DNA from: Anthoceros angustus
Taxonomy: Eukaryota; Plantae; Anthocerotophyta
DNA length: 64,000 bases
NCBI GenBank assembly: GCA_010909165.1
Contig: MU008232.1
Span: 29,788-93,787, forward strand
Direction of reading: 5' to 3'
The position numbers and the translations under genes are program-made. Shown piece by piece: positions 25,527 through 37,376 of this stretch. The notes under the pieces were generated by a model, which worked only from the letters and a program-made list of their open reading frames with translations, made no database searches and was not told where the DNA came from. Numbering within the stretch: position 1 is the first letter of the stretch; every line of letters begins with the position of its first letter.

Positions 25527-28500
25527 CTACTCGCCATGAGCCCATGTTATCGCTGGTTGAGATAAGTCCTGACTTCTTAAGCCTAGGGAGCTTCTGTGTT
25601 GCTCATGTGTAGCTTTTGGGAGGCCCTTAGTCAGCAGGTCTGCAACGTTATCTGATGTATGAACATATTGCAACTTGATAACTCCTGTTTCCATTGCTTG
25701 GCGGATAAAGTGAAATTGGATCTCGATATGCTTAGATCGAGCATGCAAGATGGGATTTGCAGTGAGTGCAATAGCTGATTGGTTATCGCATTGCAGTAGT
25801 GTTGCATCTGGTTGCTGCCAATGTATACCCTTAAGAAATTGCCTAACCCACATAATCTCGCGTGCAGCTAGGGACAGTGCTCCGTATTCAGCCTCGGTTG
25901 AGGAGAGGCTAACTGTGGTCAATTTCTTCGACTGCCAACTGATGGCTGAACCACAGAGAATCAAACAGTATGCAGCTATGGACTTACGTGAATCTACGTC
26001 ACCTGCCCAGTCCGCATCCGAGTAGGAGGTGAGGGTTGAACTTCTGCTGCGGTATTGAATAAAATAGTCCTCGAGTGCCCTTAAGATAGCGTAGGACTCT
26101 CTTCTGATCCGAGCTTCTGCGTGGTTAGCGAGGAAAGCGTGACACGACACCTACACTGAGAGATGTCGGCCCAACCAGCTAAGTATAACAAGCTACCCTG
26201 ACTTCTCTATAGGGAACTTGAGCCATTTCAGCACAATCTGCAGGGGTAGTTGGACAGTCTTCTATAGATAGCCTATCTCCAGCAGCTATGGGTGTTGTGA
26301 CTGGATGCAGATCTGTAAGGTTAAATTTAAACAGTAGTTGCTTGATGAAGTGAGACTGATGGATTGTGACGCAGGTTCTATCTGGACTAAAATTGAATTG
26401 GATGCCCAGGGCAAATTTCATGGGACCCACATCTGTCATGTCCCACTCTTGGGACAGTTCATGCTTCATGTCCTTAAGAATTTGATCATCACTTGCAAAA
26501 GGAAGTTGTCGCCAACGTAAGGGCAATGATGCATAAGCTGCTGACCTCTTCAAGACATATACTCTGATCCGCCATAAGAGGTAAGAATCCAAGTTGTCGC
26601 AGCTTGGTTGTTGCCTTGTGTTCCGGATCTGAGGCATTGCTTCAGCCGTATATTGACCCGGTAATTTGCATACCTTTGCAGGATCACGAATGCCTCGCTC
26701 TGCGCATATAACCTCATCAAGAGGACCATTCAAGAAGAAGGCGGTCTTGACGTCTATCGATGGAATAGAAGCTTGTGCTTCACCGCATAGCATAAGAGTA
26801 TCCTCATGGAAGTTGGTTTCACAACTGAAAGTTTCGTTGTAATCTAGACCATGCACACAGTGTAGCTCTGGGCTACCATACGCCAAGCGAACGATGCCAT
26901 GCCATCGGTGAAGTTTCAATTTGAACACCCATTTTGAAGTGATGGCCGCCTACGAGGAGGTAAGGTAACAAGCTCCATGTTTTGTTGTCAATTAGGCTTG
27001 CATATTCCGGAGTCAATAGCTTTCTTCCATTACGCCTTGTAAGGCCAACAAAGCTTCCTTATATGTGAGGTGTTTCGGAGGGTCAAGGATGGTTCTGGCC
27101 TGCAAAGACATTAGCTAGGCTAAGTTTGTATGTAAGTGGGTAAGGAACTAAAGTATCACCAGTTCATAAGGTTTCTCTAACCACTCATGTCTAGGGCGAT
27201 GAGTTCTGGTTGATCTTCGTAGAGAAGGTATCTCCTGTTCTATGGCAGGAAACTGTTTGGGTTCAATGGGACAGATAATAGCATCTAATGTATCTGGATC
27301 GTGTGCAGGAGGTTCTGTAGCTTGGGAATCATCCGACCTTTATAGGGTCAGGTTGTTCGTGCTACAAGAGGTGGTGGGTCGAGCAATGGAGGTAGATTCA
27401 TGAGGAATGACAGGGCAACAGAATTCGTAAGTCTGAAGGAAAAATAGAGATGTCTGTGCCTACCTCGTCGTCTGTAGGGGTGTGTCCATGTATGGATTGT
27501 GCTGAAAGAGGCTTGTGGCTTGTGACAGATTCGTGATGAGAGGAAACTATAAAGCTCTCGTTGAAGCTCACACTTCTAGCCAAAGTAAGCTGTCTTGTTT
27601 GTGGATTATAGAGTTTGTAGCCTTTCGCTTGTTCTGAATAACCCACAAATACATGTTTAGTAGCCTTGTTGTCCATCTTACCCCTTTTGTCTGCTGGGAT
27701 ATAGGCGTACGCTGCTGCACCGAAAATTCTGAGGTGTCCGATTCTTGGTTTGTGACCACACCATCGCTCGAAAGGAGTGTAACTGAATGAAGGCTTAACG
27801 GGAATCCTGTTGTGTACATAATTCACGGCTGCTACAGCCTCGGCCCAATACCCTCGGGTAAGCCCAGCTGAAGAAAGGGTGGCTCGACAGCGTTCTTGCA
27901 ACGTGCGATTGTACCTCTCTGCATAACTGTTCTGAGCTGGGTGGTATGGAACTGAAAGCTGGTGAAGTATACCTTTTTGTCTGCAGTATGACTGAAATTC
28001 ATTGCTAAGGTATTCCAAAGCGTTATCACTTCTAAGTTTCTTCAGTGTACGTCCAGTCTGGGTTTCTGCCATTTGTACATAGTCGACAAACTTTTCATAG
28101 GTTTGGTGACGGTGATGCAGAAAATACAGGCAGCTGTAGTGACTCCATTCGTCAAGGAACAGCAAGAAATATGTGGCGCCACCAAAGGAGGTAGTAGACA
28201 TTGGCCCACAGATGTCTGAATGCACGACATCCAACAAACCTGCTGCTTTGGTGGGCTCTGGATCATTGTATGGCTTCTGTGCCATTTTGCCAATCTGGCA
28301 ATCTTCACAAAAAAGGTGATCCTGTACTTTGAAAGAGATTGGGTCTTTGTATAGTTCTGGGTTGCTGATTATCTGACGAATGTATGTGATGCTCGGGTGA
28401 CACAATCTGCTGTGCCAGAGAAAGCTCTTGTCAACATCTGGTTTTGCATCAACTACTAAACCACGAGGTTGTGCTACAGTAGTATCGAATTGATACAAGT

Positions 28501-29695
28501 CATGGTAAGTGATTCCTTCTCCAAGTATTTGAGAATGGTTGTTTGCTGATGTCACCACACAGCCTGCTGGTGAAAAACATACACGCAGATCATGGTCTGC
28601 TACAAGTTTCCTCACTGATAACAAGTTCTTCGTCATGCTAGGTACATGGAGAACGCCTAAGAGCCGAATTTCCTGCCCCCCACTGAGAGGAAACAGCACA
28701 TCTCCATAGCCAGCAATAGCCAAACCACTATCATCGCCAAGTAAGACGAACTGGCTGGTTGGCGCCGACTTGTAAGTGACAAACTTGTCCTTCGATAGGC
28801 AGATGTGATGTGTGGCTCCTGAATCCAGGAACCACATGTTAGTATCAGCTTGTGTGAGAGATAAACATACCGCGAGGATGGTTGGCGGCTTGGCAGCTGT
28901 CTGTGTGCCACTGGTCTGTCCACGAGTCACTACATGTGACTCTGCACCGGGAGGTGCATCACGGCGAGGCTCTCCGGCTCGCTTCTTCCGGCATTCTGAT
29001 TCGAAATGCCCCGGAATTTTGCACCAATGACATGTGCCTTTTTTCTTCAGACCAGGATTGAAGGAGGAGGGTGCTGTATATGGTCGTCCTCGTCCACGAC
29101 CTCGCCCTCGACTACGTCCTCTGAAGGTGTAGAGGACTTGAGAGGTATATTGTTGACCTCGTCCAGTAGCAATTCTGCTGGACTCTTCTTCCAAAAGCGC
29201 ACCAACCACTTGTGATAAGGTGACTTTCGCTCCTGCTTGATGTGTGAAGGATGTTTGCGTAGTAACAAAGGCTCTGTAGCTTTGGGGCAGTGATGTAAGG
29301 AGGACAGTCACTGCTTGCTTCTCCGACAAGACCTCTCCACAAGATGATAGCTTGGCGCGCAAGGTCCTGAACCTGTGCATGTGGTGCTCAACGCTATCAT
29401 TATCTCTCATTCGGAGACCATAGAGCTGTCTTGTAGCATTAATGAGAGACATGCCATCCTTAGCTGCAAACATGTCCTTAAACAATGTCCAAATCTCTGC
29501 AGCAGTTTTCTGCCCTAAGGTATGTTGGATCATGTTTCTGTCAAGAGCAGCAATTAGGATGCAGCGTGCTCTTTTATCTTGCTTTGTCCATACTTCGATT
29601 TCTGCTGAAGTGCCTTTAGGTGTAGCTAATGCTGGATTTGTTATCTTGCCGAGCACTATGTCCAGCAGATCGTGTTCCTCGAAGATGGACTCCAT
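25527..29695 (-). mobile_element. Ty1/copia element (copia-3) gag-pol: intact 765-aa gag-PR-IN ORF (27398-29695), frameshifted RT/RNase H
   Basis: CHWCKIPGHFESEC knuckle, WFLDSGAT, LWHSRLCH...CEDC, HSDICGP, RSDNALEY, ERYNRTL, DVKTAF, YSDADWAG, ARSKHIEIQFH. LTRs not identified. Confidence 0.95.
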
Positions 29696-30711
29696 GCGAA
29701 GTTCCCAAATTGGGTAATCGGTTCCATTGAACCTGTCTTTGTCCTTTATGTCAACCTTAAAAGTGTTGTTGGTATTGTTTATTACNGTGCCATGTGCTCG
29801 GGACTCCCACAGCGATTACATGTGCCTTCCACAGTGCTGCAGCACCTGCTTTAGCAGTTTAGCCTGGTTACTCGGACTGATCCTGAGGTCCGCCCCAGCA
29901 GTCACCCCTTTGCTGCCGAACATGGTCTAGTAGTGGGTGAATGCCTTGGAATGCGGGAGGCATAGGCAGAAAAGGCAATTTCCTTGCGCTCTGCCTCCTC
30001 GTGCACCTGTTCAAGGGTGTACCGGTCTCCGTACTTGTCCACCAGAGGTGACAAGCTGGAAATGGAACAAGTCCCTTCCAGCGCTAAGTAAGGAACTTCT
30101 CCGCCTCCTGATCTGTGAGCATTCCGGTCCCTTCACGCAACTGCAGCCGAAGGTCATCACTGTCTCCCTTTCTTGCGCAAAGCTAGCAAGCTCAGCGATC
30201 TCTGGCGTCTTGAGTGGAAACGCCTTCTCCAGAATCTGCAGAAACTCCTCCACCGGGTTGGCATGTTTGGGCGTGTGAATGAACTCATCCACTCCCAAAG
30301 TGGCTGTTCTCTCGCTGCAGTCAAGCTGGTGACTGTGGGTGGAGGCTCTGGGCGGATCCATCAGCGATCCCAGCGCAATGATCCCGAGGCCAACTTTGCA
30401 TTGTAGGCCAGCTGCAACGCATTCTGAAAGATCGGGTTAGGAGTGGCTGCTGTGGACAGCAACTCAACCTGGTGGACCTCATACAAATCCAGCGCTTCAT
30501 CATCAAGTAGCTGGACAACTGCTCGAACATGTACCGATGATTGTACGCGTTCCATGCTTGAACTTCACTCGGTGATCATGCTGTTGACAAACAGCTTGAA
30601 GTCCGCAATGGTTATGTACCAGGCCTTCCGCTCCTGCCTGTAAGAGGTTCCTCCTCCCTCCATAGCGTCTGAATCTTGGATAGATCTTGGTCCAAGTGGA
30701 GTTGGAGTTGA

Positions 30712-30990
30712 GACTGTCCAGTATGGTTGAGCCTGGGACTGCTGTGTTGGGACTCCCAAGTGTGGTGCCCACAGGACTATCCCAAGTATGGGTGCCCTGG
30801 GACTGTCCAGTATAGGTGCCTGGGGCTGTCCCAAGTATGGTGCCCCAGGGGTATCCCGAATATGGGTGCCCCTGGGACTGTCCCAGTATAGGTGTTCCTG
30901 GGACTGTCCCATAGGGGTGCCCCTCGTATGGGTGCCCGGGACTGTCCCAGGATGGCTTGGGACTCATGTAAAGACTGTCCCAGTATGGAC
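30712..30990. repeat. Tandem minisatellite, ~25-27-bp unit GGGACTGTCCCAGTATGGGTGCCC
   Basis: About 9-10 degenerate consecutive copies. Confidence 0.9.
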
Positions 30991-32559
30991 GGGCCTCCTC
31001 CTCCTCGGAATCAAGGTTGTCCCTGATGTAGCGAGCTCGATCAAGGGAGACCCGTTGTCCACAGATCTTGAGGTAGCGGGTGGTGTCCCGGGCCTAATGT
31101 TATCCTCCACCTCCTCTACCCAGCTGTTGTTGCCTTCTTTGTCCTCCTCCTCCTAGTAGGCGCTCAGGGCGCTCGGTGACTCGCTGGCGAGTTCGAGCAC
31201 ATGGCGTGGGCTTGTATCCTCCTCCTCGAGTGCATCCCCCATGAAAACGTCAAGAAAGGGATCATTACGTCGATGATCGAAAAAGCACCAAGCCAACCGG
31301 CAAGACTCGGCACCGACACCAGATGCGACCAACAATCTAATCCCCATCTCGACACGGATCAGCCTTACGGACCTACAATCGGTGAATGAGACCAGAAATG
31401 CTCAAGGCAATCCTCTATTCCCACCTAAAACAACTGATCTTGTACATGAGAATGCCAAAGGAGACTTGGGACTCCCCAGCGGATCAGTCCAGCCAAGACA
31501 CAAAAGCTTGAAACCAACATCCCGAGGTTAATCCCGGACCAAAGTCCTGGCTAAACACTTGATCATTCACGATCCTGTCCTTGACTCTCGATTGTGCACG
31601 CCCGTCTCGAGGCGGTCGAATCGGCAATGCCCTCCTTCTCCCGATCAAATGGCGAGGCTCCAATGTCGACCGAGATTCTTCTGCAGCTGTAATGGTGCTG
31701 CTGCTCCACAACAGTAGGTGTGTTGTGATGCCGCCTTGCTGTGCCTGGCCGCCTCCACCATCTGGATCGCTAGCTCTTGTCCACGGCTCCCACTCAGCTC
31801 TCGACATTGCAATCCTTGGTTGTTGAAGTAAAATCGCGCGTGCTGCATTGAACATCGCTGCTGTTTATTGAATGTGCGGAGCCTCACACGATTGTGAGGC
31901 TGGCGGTCTAAATCGCGCCCACACTGCGGATCGCCCTCCCAAGTTCGATCCCAAGGAAAACATCACACATTCCACATTCCCAGAAATTGCAATGCTTCCT
32001 TCTCCTTACAGCGCTCTGGCGCGACTTCAACAACACCTACAATGGGCGCCCTCCCTCCTTTTGTCCAGCGTCCATCTCAATCTCCGCTCAGATTCACTTG
32101 GCGGTTGGTCCCTTGCTTCCCATGATTTCTACAGCCTCAGCACCCTTGGTGTGGAGTCATCATGGGTGTCCTTCACCTGCAGCACTTCTAGGGTACCTCT
32201 ACGGCCAACCTAGGTCAACTCCTAGGTGTTGTTAATGAAACAAACCCTAACTAAACACACGAAAACAAATGTGAATGTGTTAGTTTGGTTGGTCAAATAT
32301 ATACCCTTCAAGCAAATATCCTAGCCTATTTCAACAAAGGAAAATATGGCTAAGGTAAGTAAGTAGTAGGTCCTAAAGCGACCTCAAGTTGCTCGGTGAG
32401 TGTGTCCCGGACGTTGAGCTGAGTGAGTCCCGGGACGTCGGGGTGGGAGGAATCCGACGCCGGGGCCCAGCCCACCTCTAGTCACCCTACACATCCGCCT
32501 CTAAAAATTTGTTGTTTGCACGAACTATCAACATGGGACCTTTGGAAGATAGACCTGAT

Positions 32560-33150
32560 TTGAGGAAGGAGCTTGGTGAATTCTTGAGAACCTTGAGGGA
32601 TGAGGGGGAATGCGGCGGTCTCACTTCCTCGTGTCATGACGACGATGAATCTTCAGGCGGTTGAGGCGGATGATCGGCGGAGGCTGCGTCGACCTCTCCT
32701 TACGCTTCTCATTGACCATCTTGTGCACTCTCTAGTCACTCGGAGGAATGGACTATGCTCACGATACTAGTAGTAACACCTCACTGCCAGCCTAGTAAGC
32801 GACAAGTCGGCTTCTCGGTCTAGGACCTCGCCAATTCACTCCACAAGAGACTTGCACGATTCTCAGCGCTCTCAACCTCACAACACAAAGCACTAGGCTC
32901 CAAGTAGCCCGTCCATCAGCGACTCGCGGGCCACCTCCTCGAGGTCTTGCTCTTTATTACAGAATACTAGCGATGGAATCGGCTATCTCGCCCAGCTCGC
33001 CCTTGATTCCATGACAAGCTCACTAGCTTCTGACTCTCTCAACACAAGGCTTGCACGCTGCTTGGCGCTCTCAAAGAGTGAGTCCCACTTGTAATTTGTT
33101 CCTCAAAGCCCTTGCTGCGGGCCTCATTCTAAATTCTCAGAATTTGCGCC
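32560..33150 (-). mobile_element. Fragment of an LTR element related to gypsy-2 (partial LTR from 32772, degenerate PBS, start of internal region)
   Basis: AGTAACACC terminus at 32772 and CACTAGGCTCCAAGTAGCCCG are shared with the gypsy-2 LTR; a PBS-like GCTC..GATAC.A lies just before. Confidence 0.6.
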
Positions 33151-33154
33151 CCTC

Positions 33155-34447
33155 TTGTCAATCAATGCCCCTCTTGTCCAACCCATGCTGAGGGGCATAA
33201 TTCAAGCTAGACCACCTCAACTCATTGGAAACAGAACTTTCGAGGTTAGCATTGATTGGACAAGGAAGTTCATGAAAAAGGAACTCTCGTGGTCCTATCG
33301 AGCATGTACTACTGCAGCTTCTGAGCTCCCGGAGACTTGGGAAGATGAAGGAAGGATGATGCCATATAGAGTAGCTTACCTCTCAAGAGCTTATAATATT
33401 CCATCGGAACTAGTTATCAATAGTGATCAAACGAGAATCCATTTGGTTCCTACAAAGGGAGAACGCACATGGGAGGTTAAAGGGACAAAAGATATCAAGG
33501 TGCTTGGGGTAGAGGACAAGAGGCAAATTATAGCAGTGGTATCTTCATCTGTAGTAGGTTACTTACTACCACTCCAAATCATCTTTACAGGAACAACAAG
33601 TAGGTTAGTACCCAAAGCTCATAGTGGTGCCAAGCTATGTGGAGAAGCAGGATTTTGCTGAACATAAATACCACCGCTAATTGGTCTACACCAGAGTCAT
33701 CAAAGGCATTTGTGAAAGAAATTTTGATCCTCTACTCTAAAAGGCAGCTAGAAATCTTGAGGCTAGCCACAAGACAGAAGATGATTTGGATCATAGATTG
33801 CTAGAGTGTTCACAAAAGCAAGGAATTACTAGACTGGCTGACAAGTACTTACCCTTTAACATGTGTGATCTTCATTTCTGCTAGGTGCACTAGCAAGTTG
33901 CAACCTGCGATGTAATCCTTCAGCGCCCTTTGAAGCTTTCAAACAAGAATTCTGCAAGTGGATAGCCACTGCTATTCAAGAGAAACTCAAGGAAGAAGGA
34001 AAAACAGCTATTAATCTCAAACTGAAAAACTTGAAGCCCAAGGTGTGTGAATGATTATTCAATGCATGGATACATGTTTCAAATATGCAAGATATGATTA
34101 GACATGGATGGGAGAAGACAAGTATTCTAAGAGCATTCAACTCAGATTTTCAGATAGAGGCAATGGAAGCAAACACGACAACATCCTTATTTTCTAGAAC
34201 AATTGAAGACATAGAAGAAGGGCATGAATTTGAAAGAGAAGGAGATGATGAAGACTACTTATCTGAAGTAGTGAATGTGGTGAAGGAATGTTTGGCTACA
34301 GCAGAAGCTTCAACAAGTGGATCAACACCAACATACAGCAAAAACAAAGCTAGAATGAAACAATTAGCTAGGAAGAATAAACATCTACAAGATCTTTGGA
34401 ACAATAATGAAAGCCTGGTAAATAGCCATGGGAATGAGACTAACTAG
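33155..34447 (+). pseudogene. pogo-like (Tc1/mariner, DDE_1) transposase, degenerate and N-terminally truncated
   Basis: VINSDQT, RTWEVKG...GVEDKRQI, PLQIIFTG, WIIDC*SVHKS, CTSKLQP.DV, IRHGWEK; stops and frameshifts are present. Confidence 0.88.
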
Positions 34448-35042
34448 GGTTCCAATTCTAGAAACCCTAGCCATGTTTACTAATTTTAATTAATTAACGT
34501 CGAATCACCCCTCGGGGTACGAACCTAGGTATTGTTATGACCGAGTTGTACACCTAGTGTGACATGTAATTCGTCTACTGTAATCAAATATATACTTATG
34601 TATATTCCTAAATATAAAATAATTTTTAATTAGGAGTCATTACTCGGTGCTAGATTGCTTTAGTCCTATGATAGTCTCTTTATCCATGGTCACTTGAAGA
34701 GCAGCCAGACTATCTACATAGTTTAAGACGTTTGCATAATTATCGGTATTGTGTCATTACTTTGTCATTTAGGAACTCTCTTATAAAAATGAATATAAGC
34801 CAACATTGCAACTCGATCTAATTTGATAGAAGTTGGTTTCTCAATCTAATTCAATGTTCATAGCAATACAAAGTGATTATAAATGGAATTCTACCCAAAT
34901 TGCAATACCAATAATTATGCAAACGTCTTAATAATTTGGATAAAATAAAAATAAAAAAAGTAAAAAACGTACAAAATTACTATAATAAGTTACTTACTAA
35001 TAACATGTTGAACTTGATTGTTATTGACAAACTAAATCAAGT

Positions 35043-35096
35043 AGCATGTTACTTGATCAAGCATATTACTTGATTAAGCATGTTACTTGATTAAGC
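35043..35096. repeat. 18-bp tandem repeat (AGCATGTTACTTGATTA-like) x3
   Basis: Seen directly in the sequence. Confidence 0.8.
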
Positions 35097-35169
35097 TTCT
35101 GAAACCATCAAGCAATGATATATATATATATCATGATATTTATATGAGCTTGTTATATGCATGTGGAAA

Positions 35170-35560
35170 AGAAGACTTTATTATAAAAAAGAGATGGGAA
35201 AAACCCATCCACCCCAAAAACAAAGGGGAAAAACCCAACGAAGGGCACCATGTCAAGGGGACTAGGCTCCACGATCACACATTTCAAACCTACCAACCGT
35301 CCAAAGAACTTCGTGGTCAGGGATGTAAAAAGACCTACTTACCACCGGTGTCGAAGAAGCTGCATCTCCCCCGCTCGTTGTCGTTCTGTAAACTACGTTG
35401 GCCAATGCCCTTTGCATAGGTTGGGCGGCAGAAGGGTACGCGATCGGTTACAACCACATCAACAATCGAAACACGATCCCCGGGTCAAAAAATAGATCAG
35501 CCCCTAAACCCCGTTGAGCGGGGTGTACGATGATGAACTGAGACACAACATAATCGCGAG
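35170..35560 (-). mobile_element. Short 3' fragment of a CRE-like non-LTR element
   Basis: GADL...IVDVVVTD (RLE motif) on the minus strand. Same 3' architecture as 14567-14600: GATGGG-AAAAA-CCCATC hairpin and AATAAA. Confidence 0.55.
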
Positions 35561-35609
35561 GTCTTAAGTAAAAATCTAAGATTGTGACTTTTAAGTAAAG
35601 GTAAGCAAA

Positions 35610-36650
35610 ATCTAACTTTGATGAAGTATGCAAATGGCTTAGGCCAAACAAATGGACACACATTTTCTAACATAGATGAAGTATCTAGAGGGCTTTGGCT
35701 TAATGGCTTGGGCCAAATGGACACACATTTTTTAAATTAGATGAAGTATCCAGATGGCCTGGGCCAAAAGGAAACACATTTTCTAACTTAGATGAAGTAT
35801 CTAGATGAAGAAGAAGAAGAAGAATTTTATTTAAGTCCACTAAGGATGGATTTCCGTCATGGGACTTAGTACTTAACAACTTGTACCATGGTGTGCCTAA
35901 GAAGAATTTTATTTCAGTGCACTAAGGACGGATTTCCGTCATGGGACTTGGTTCTTAACAACTTGTACCATGGTGTGCCTAAGAAGAATTTTATTTAAGT
36001 CCACTAAGGCAGTTCCATCATGGGACTTGGTACTTAACAACTTGTACCATGGTGTGCCTAAGAAGAATTTTATTTAAGTCCACTAAGGAATGATTTCGTC
36101 ATGGGACTTGGTACTTAACAACCATGGTGTGCCTAAGGTACTTGCACCAAGAGCATCCACTCCTTTAGGCACCCCATCTAAGTACCGATCTAAGCTCACG
36201 ATGCTTAATCACGGCGTTCTGATAAATGTGTGTCCATTTGGCCTACTTGGTACTTAATTACTTATACCATGGTGTGCCTAAGGTACTTGCACCAAGAGCA
36301 TCCACTCCTTTAGGCACCCCATCTAAGTACCGATCTAAGCTCGCTTGCATCACGGCGTTCTTATAAATGTGTGTCCATTTGGCCTAAGCTAGATGGCTTA
36401 GGCCAAATGGACTATTATAAGATCATTATAAAGCATCATGGACACATATCTATAAGAAGTTATTGTTAAGTATCATGGACACACGTTTATAAGAATGTTA
36501 TTTTTAAGCATTATGCACTTTGATCCATACTTGGATACGATGTGAAGAGGAGTGGATGCTTGGTGCTAGCATCTTAGGCACACCATGATACAAGTTGTCC
36601 AAGTACCAAGTTCTAGGACGGAAATAAATTCCGTCCTTTTAAAGTAAAAG
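35610..36650. repeat. Composite repeat: ~65-bp units, four ~82-bp tandem units, two ~105-bp units and an inverted copy (SINE-like family)
   Basis: GAAGAATTTTATTTAAGTCCACTAAGG...GTACCATGGTGTGCCTAA x4 (35819-36135); GGTACTTGCACCAAGAGC...TGTGTCCATTTGGCC x2; inverted copy at ~36400-36640. Confidence 0.85.
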
Positions 36651-36835
36651 CATTTTTCCATGGTCGTGTCACGGTGAGCGTGGATCGACCTTGATCTCTC
36701 CCAAGAGCTATCCCACATTGTCATTGCAATTCGGTCCTAATATATTATATTAAATAGTTGGATTAGAAAGCAAATTTTCTTTTACGTACTATCCATACAT
36801 AAACTAAATTTCATTTTGTGTTTTAGTATCCCATT

Positions 36836-37376
36836 AGTAACACCCCCTCAATCTGGGGTGGAATACCAGTTAGAAGTAAAACCAAAGTAATAAATCAACA
36901 CACGGACACTAGGCCTCCAAGTAGCCCGCCTCCTCTTCTAGGAGGACTCAGAAGACTCTTGCAGCTGCTCTTTTCTTAGATCACGAGTCAACAAGAACAT
37001 ACAGTGGAGGCTAGAGAGAACTCCCCATCTTGCCTAAGCTAGGAGCTTAGCTCTCTTCACTTGACCTCCTCCCAAAGCTCCTTCACGGCCTCCTTAGTGC
37101 TGAACAAGTGCTCTCAAGGCATAGCCCAAGCATCAAGTGCTCTCAAGGCAACCCAAGCAACAAGTGCTCTCAAGGTTGAACTGCTCAGGCTCTTTAGCCC
37201 AGGCGGTCTCCTTTATACTCAAGCCCTAGCTACAATCTTAGTAACTACTTACTTAAGCTTTAAGCTATTATTTACCATACACTTCCTAGGGCATGCTTGT
37301 GCTCTTAGTAAGCTGCTCTTCTAAACATGCCTCTGCATGGAGCTTTCTTACAAAGCACTCAAGCCACTTTGTTACT
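36836..37376 (-). repeat. 3' LTR of gypsy-2 (AGTAAC...GTTACT)
   Basis: Direct repeat of 41626-42222, adjacent to the PPT. Confidence 0.93.

Noticed and set aside
35819-36135. CRISPR-like regularly spaced repeats
   Set aside because: The whole ~82-bp unit repeats with no unique spacers, there are no cas genes, and the context is eukaryotic.
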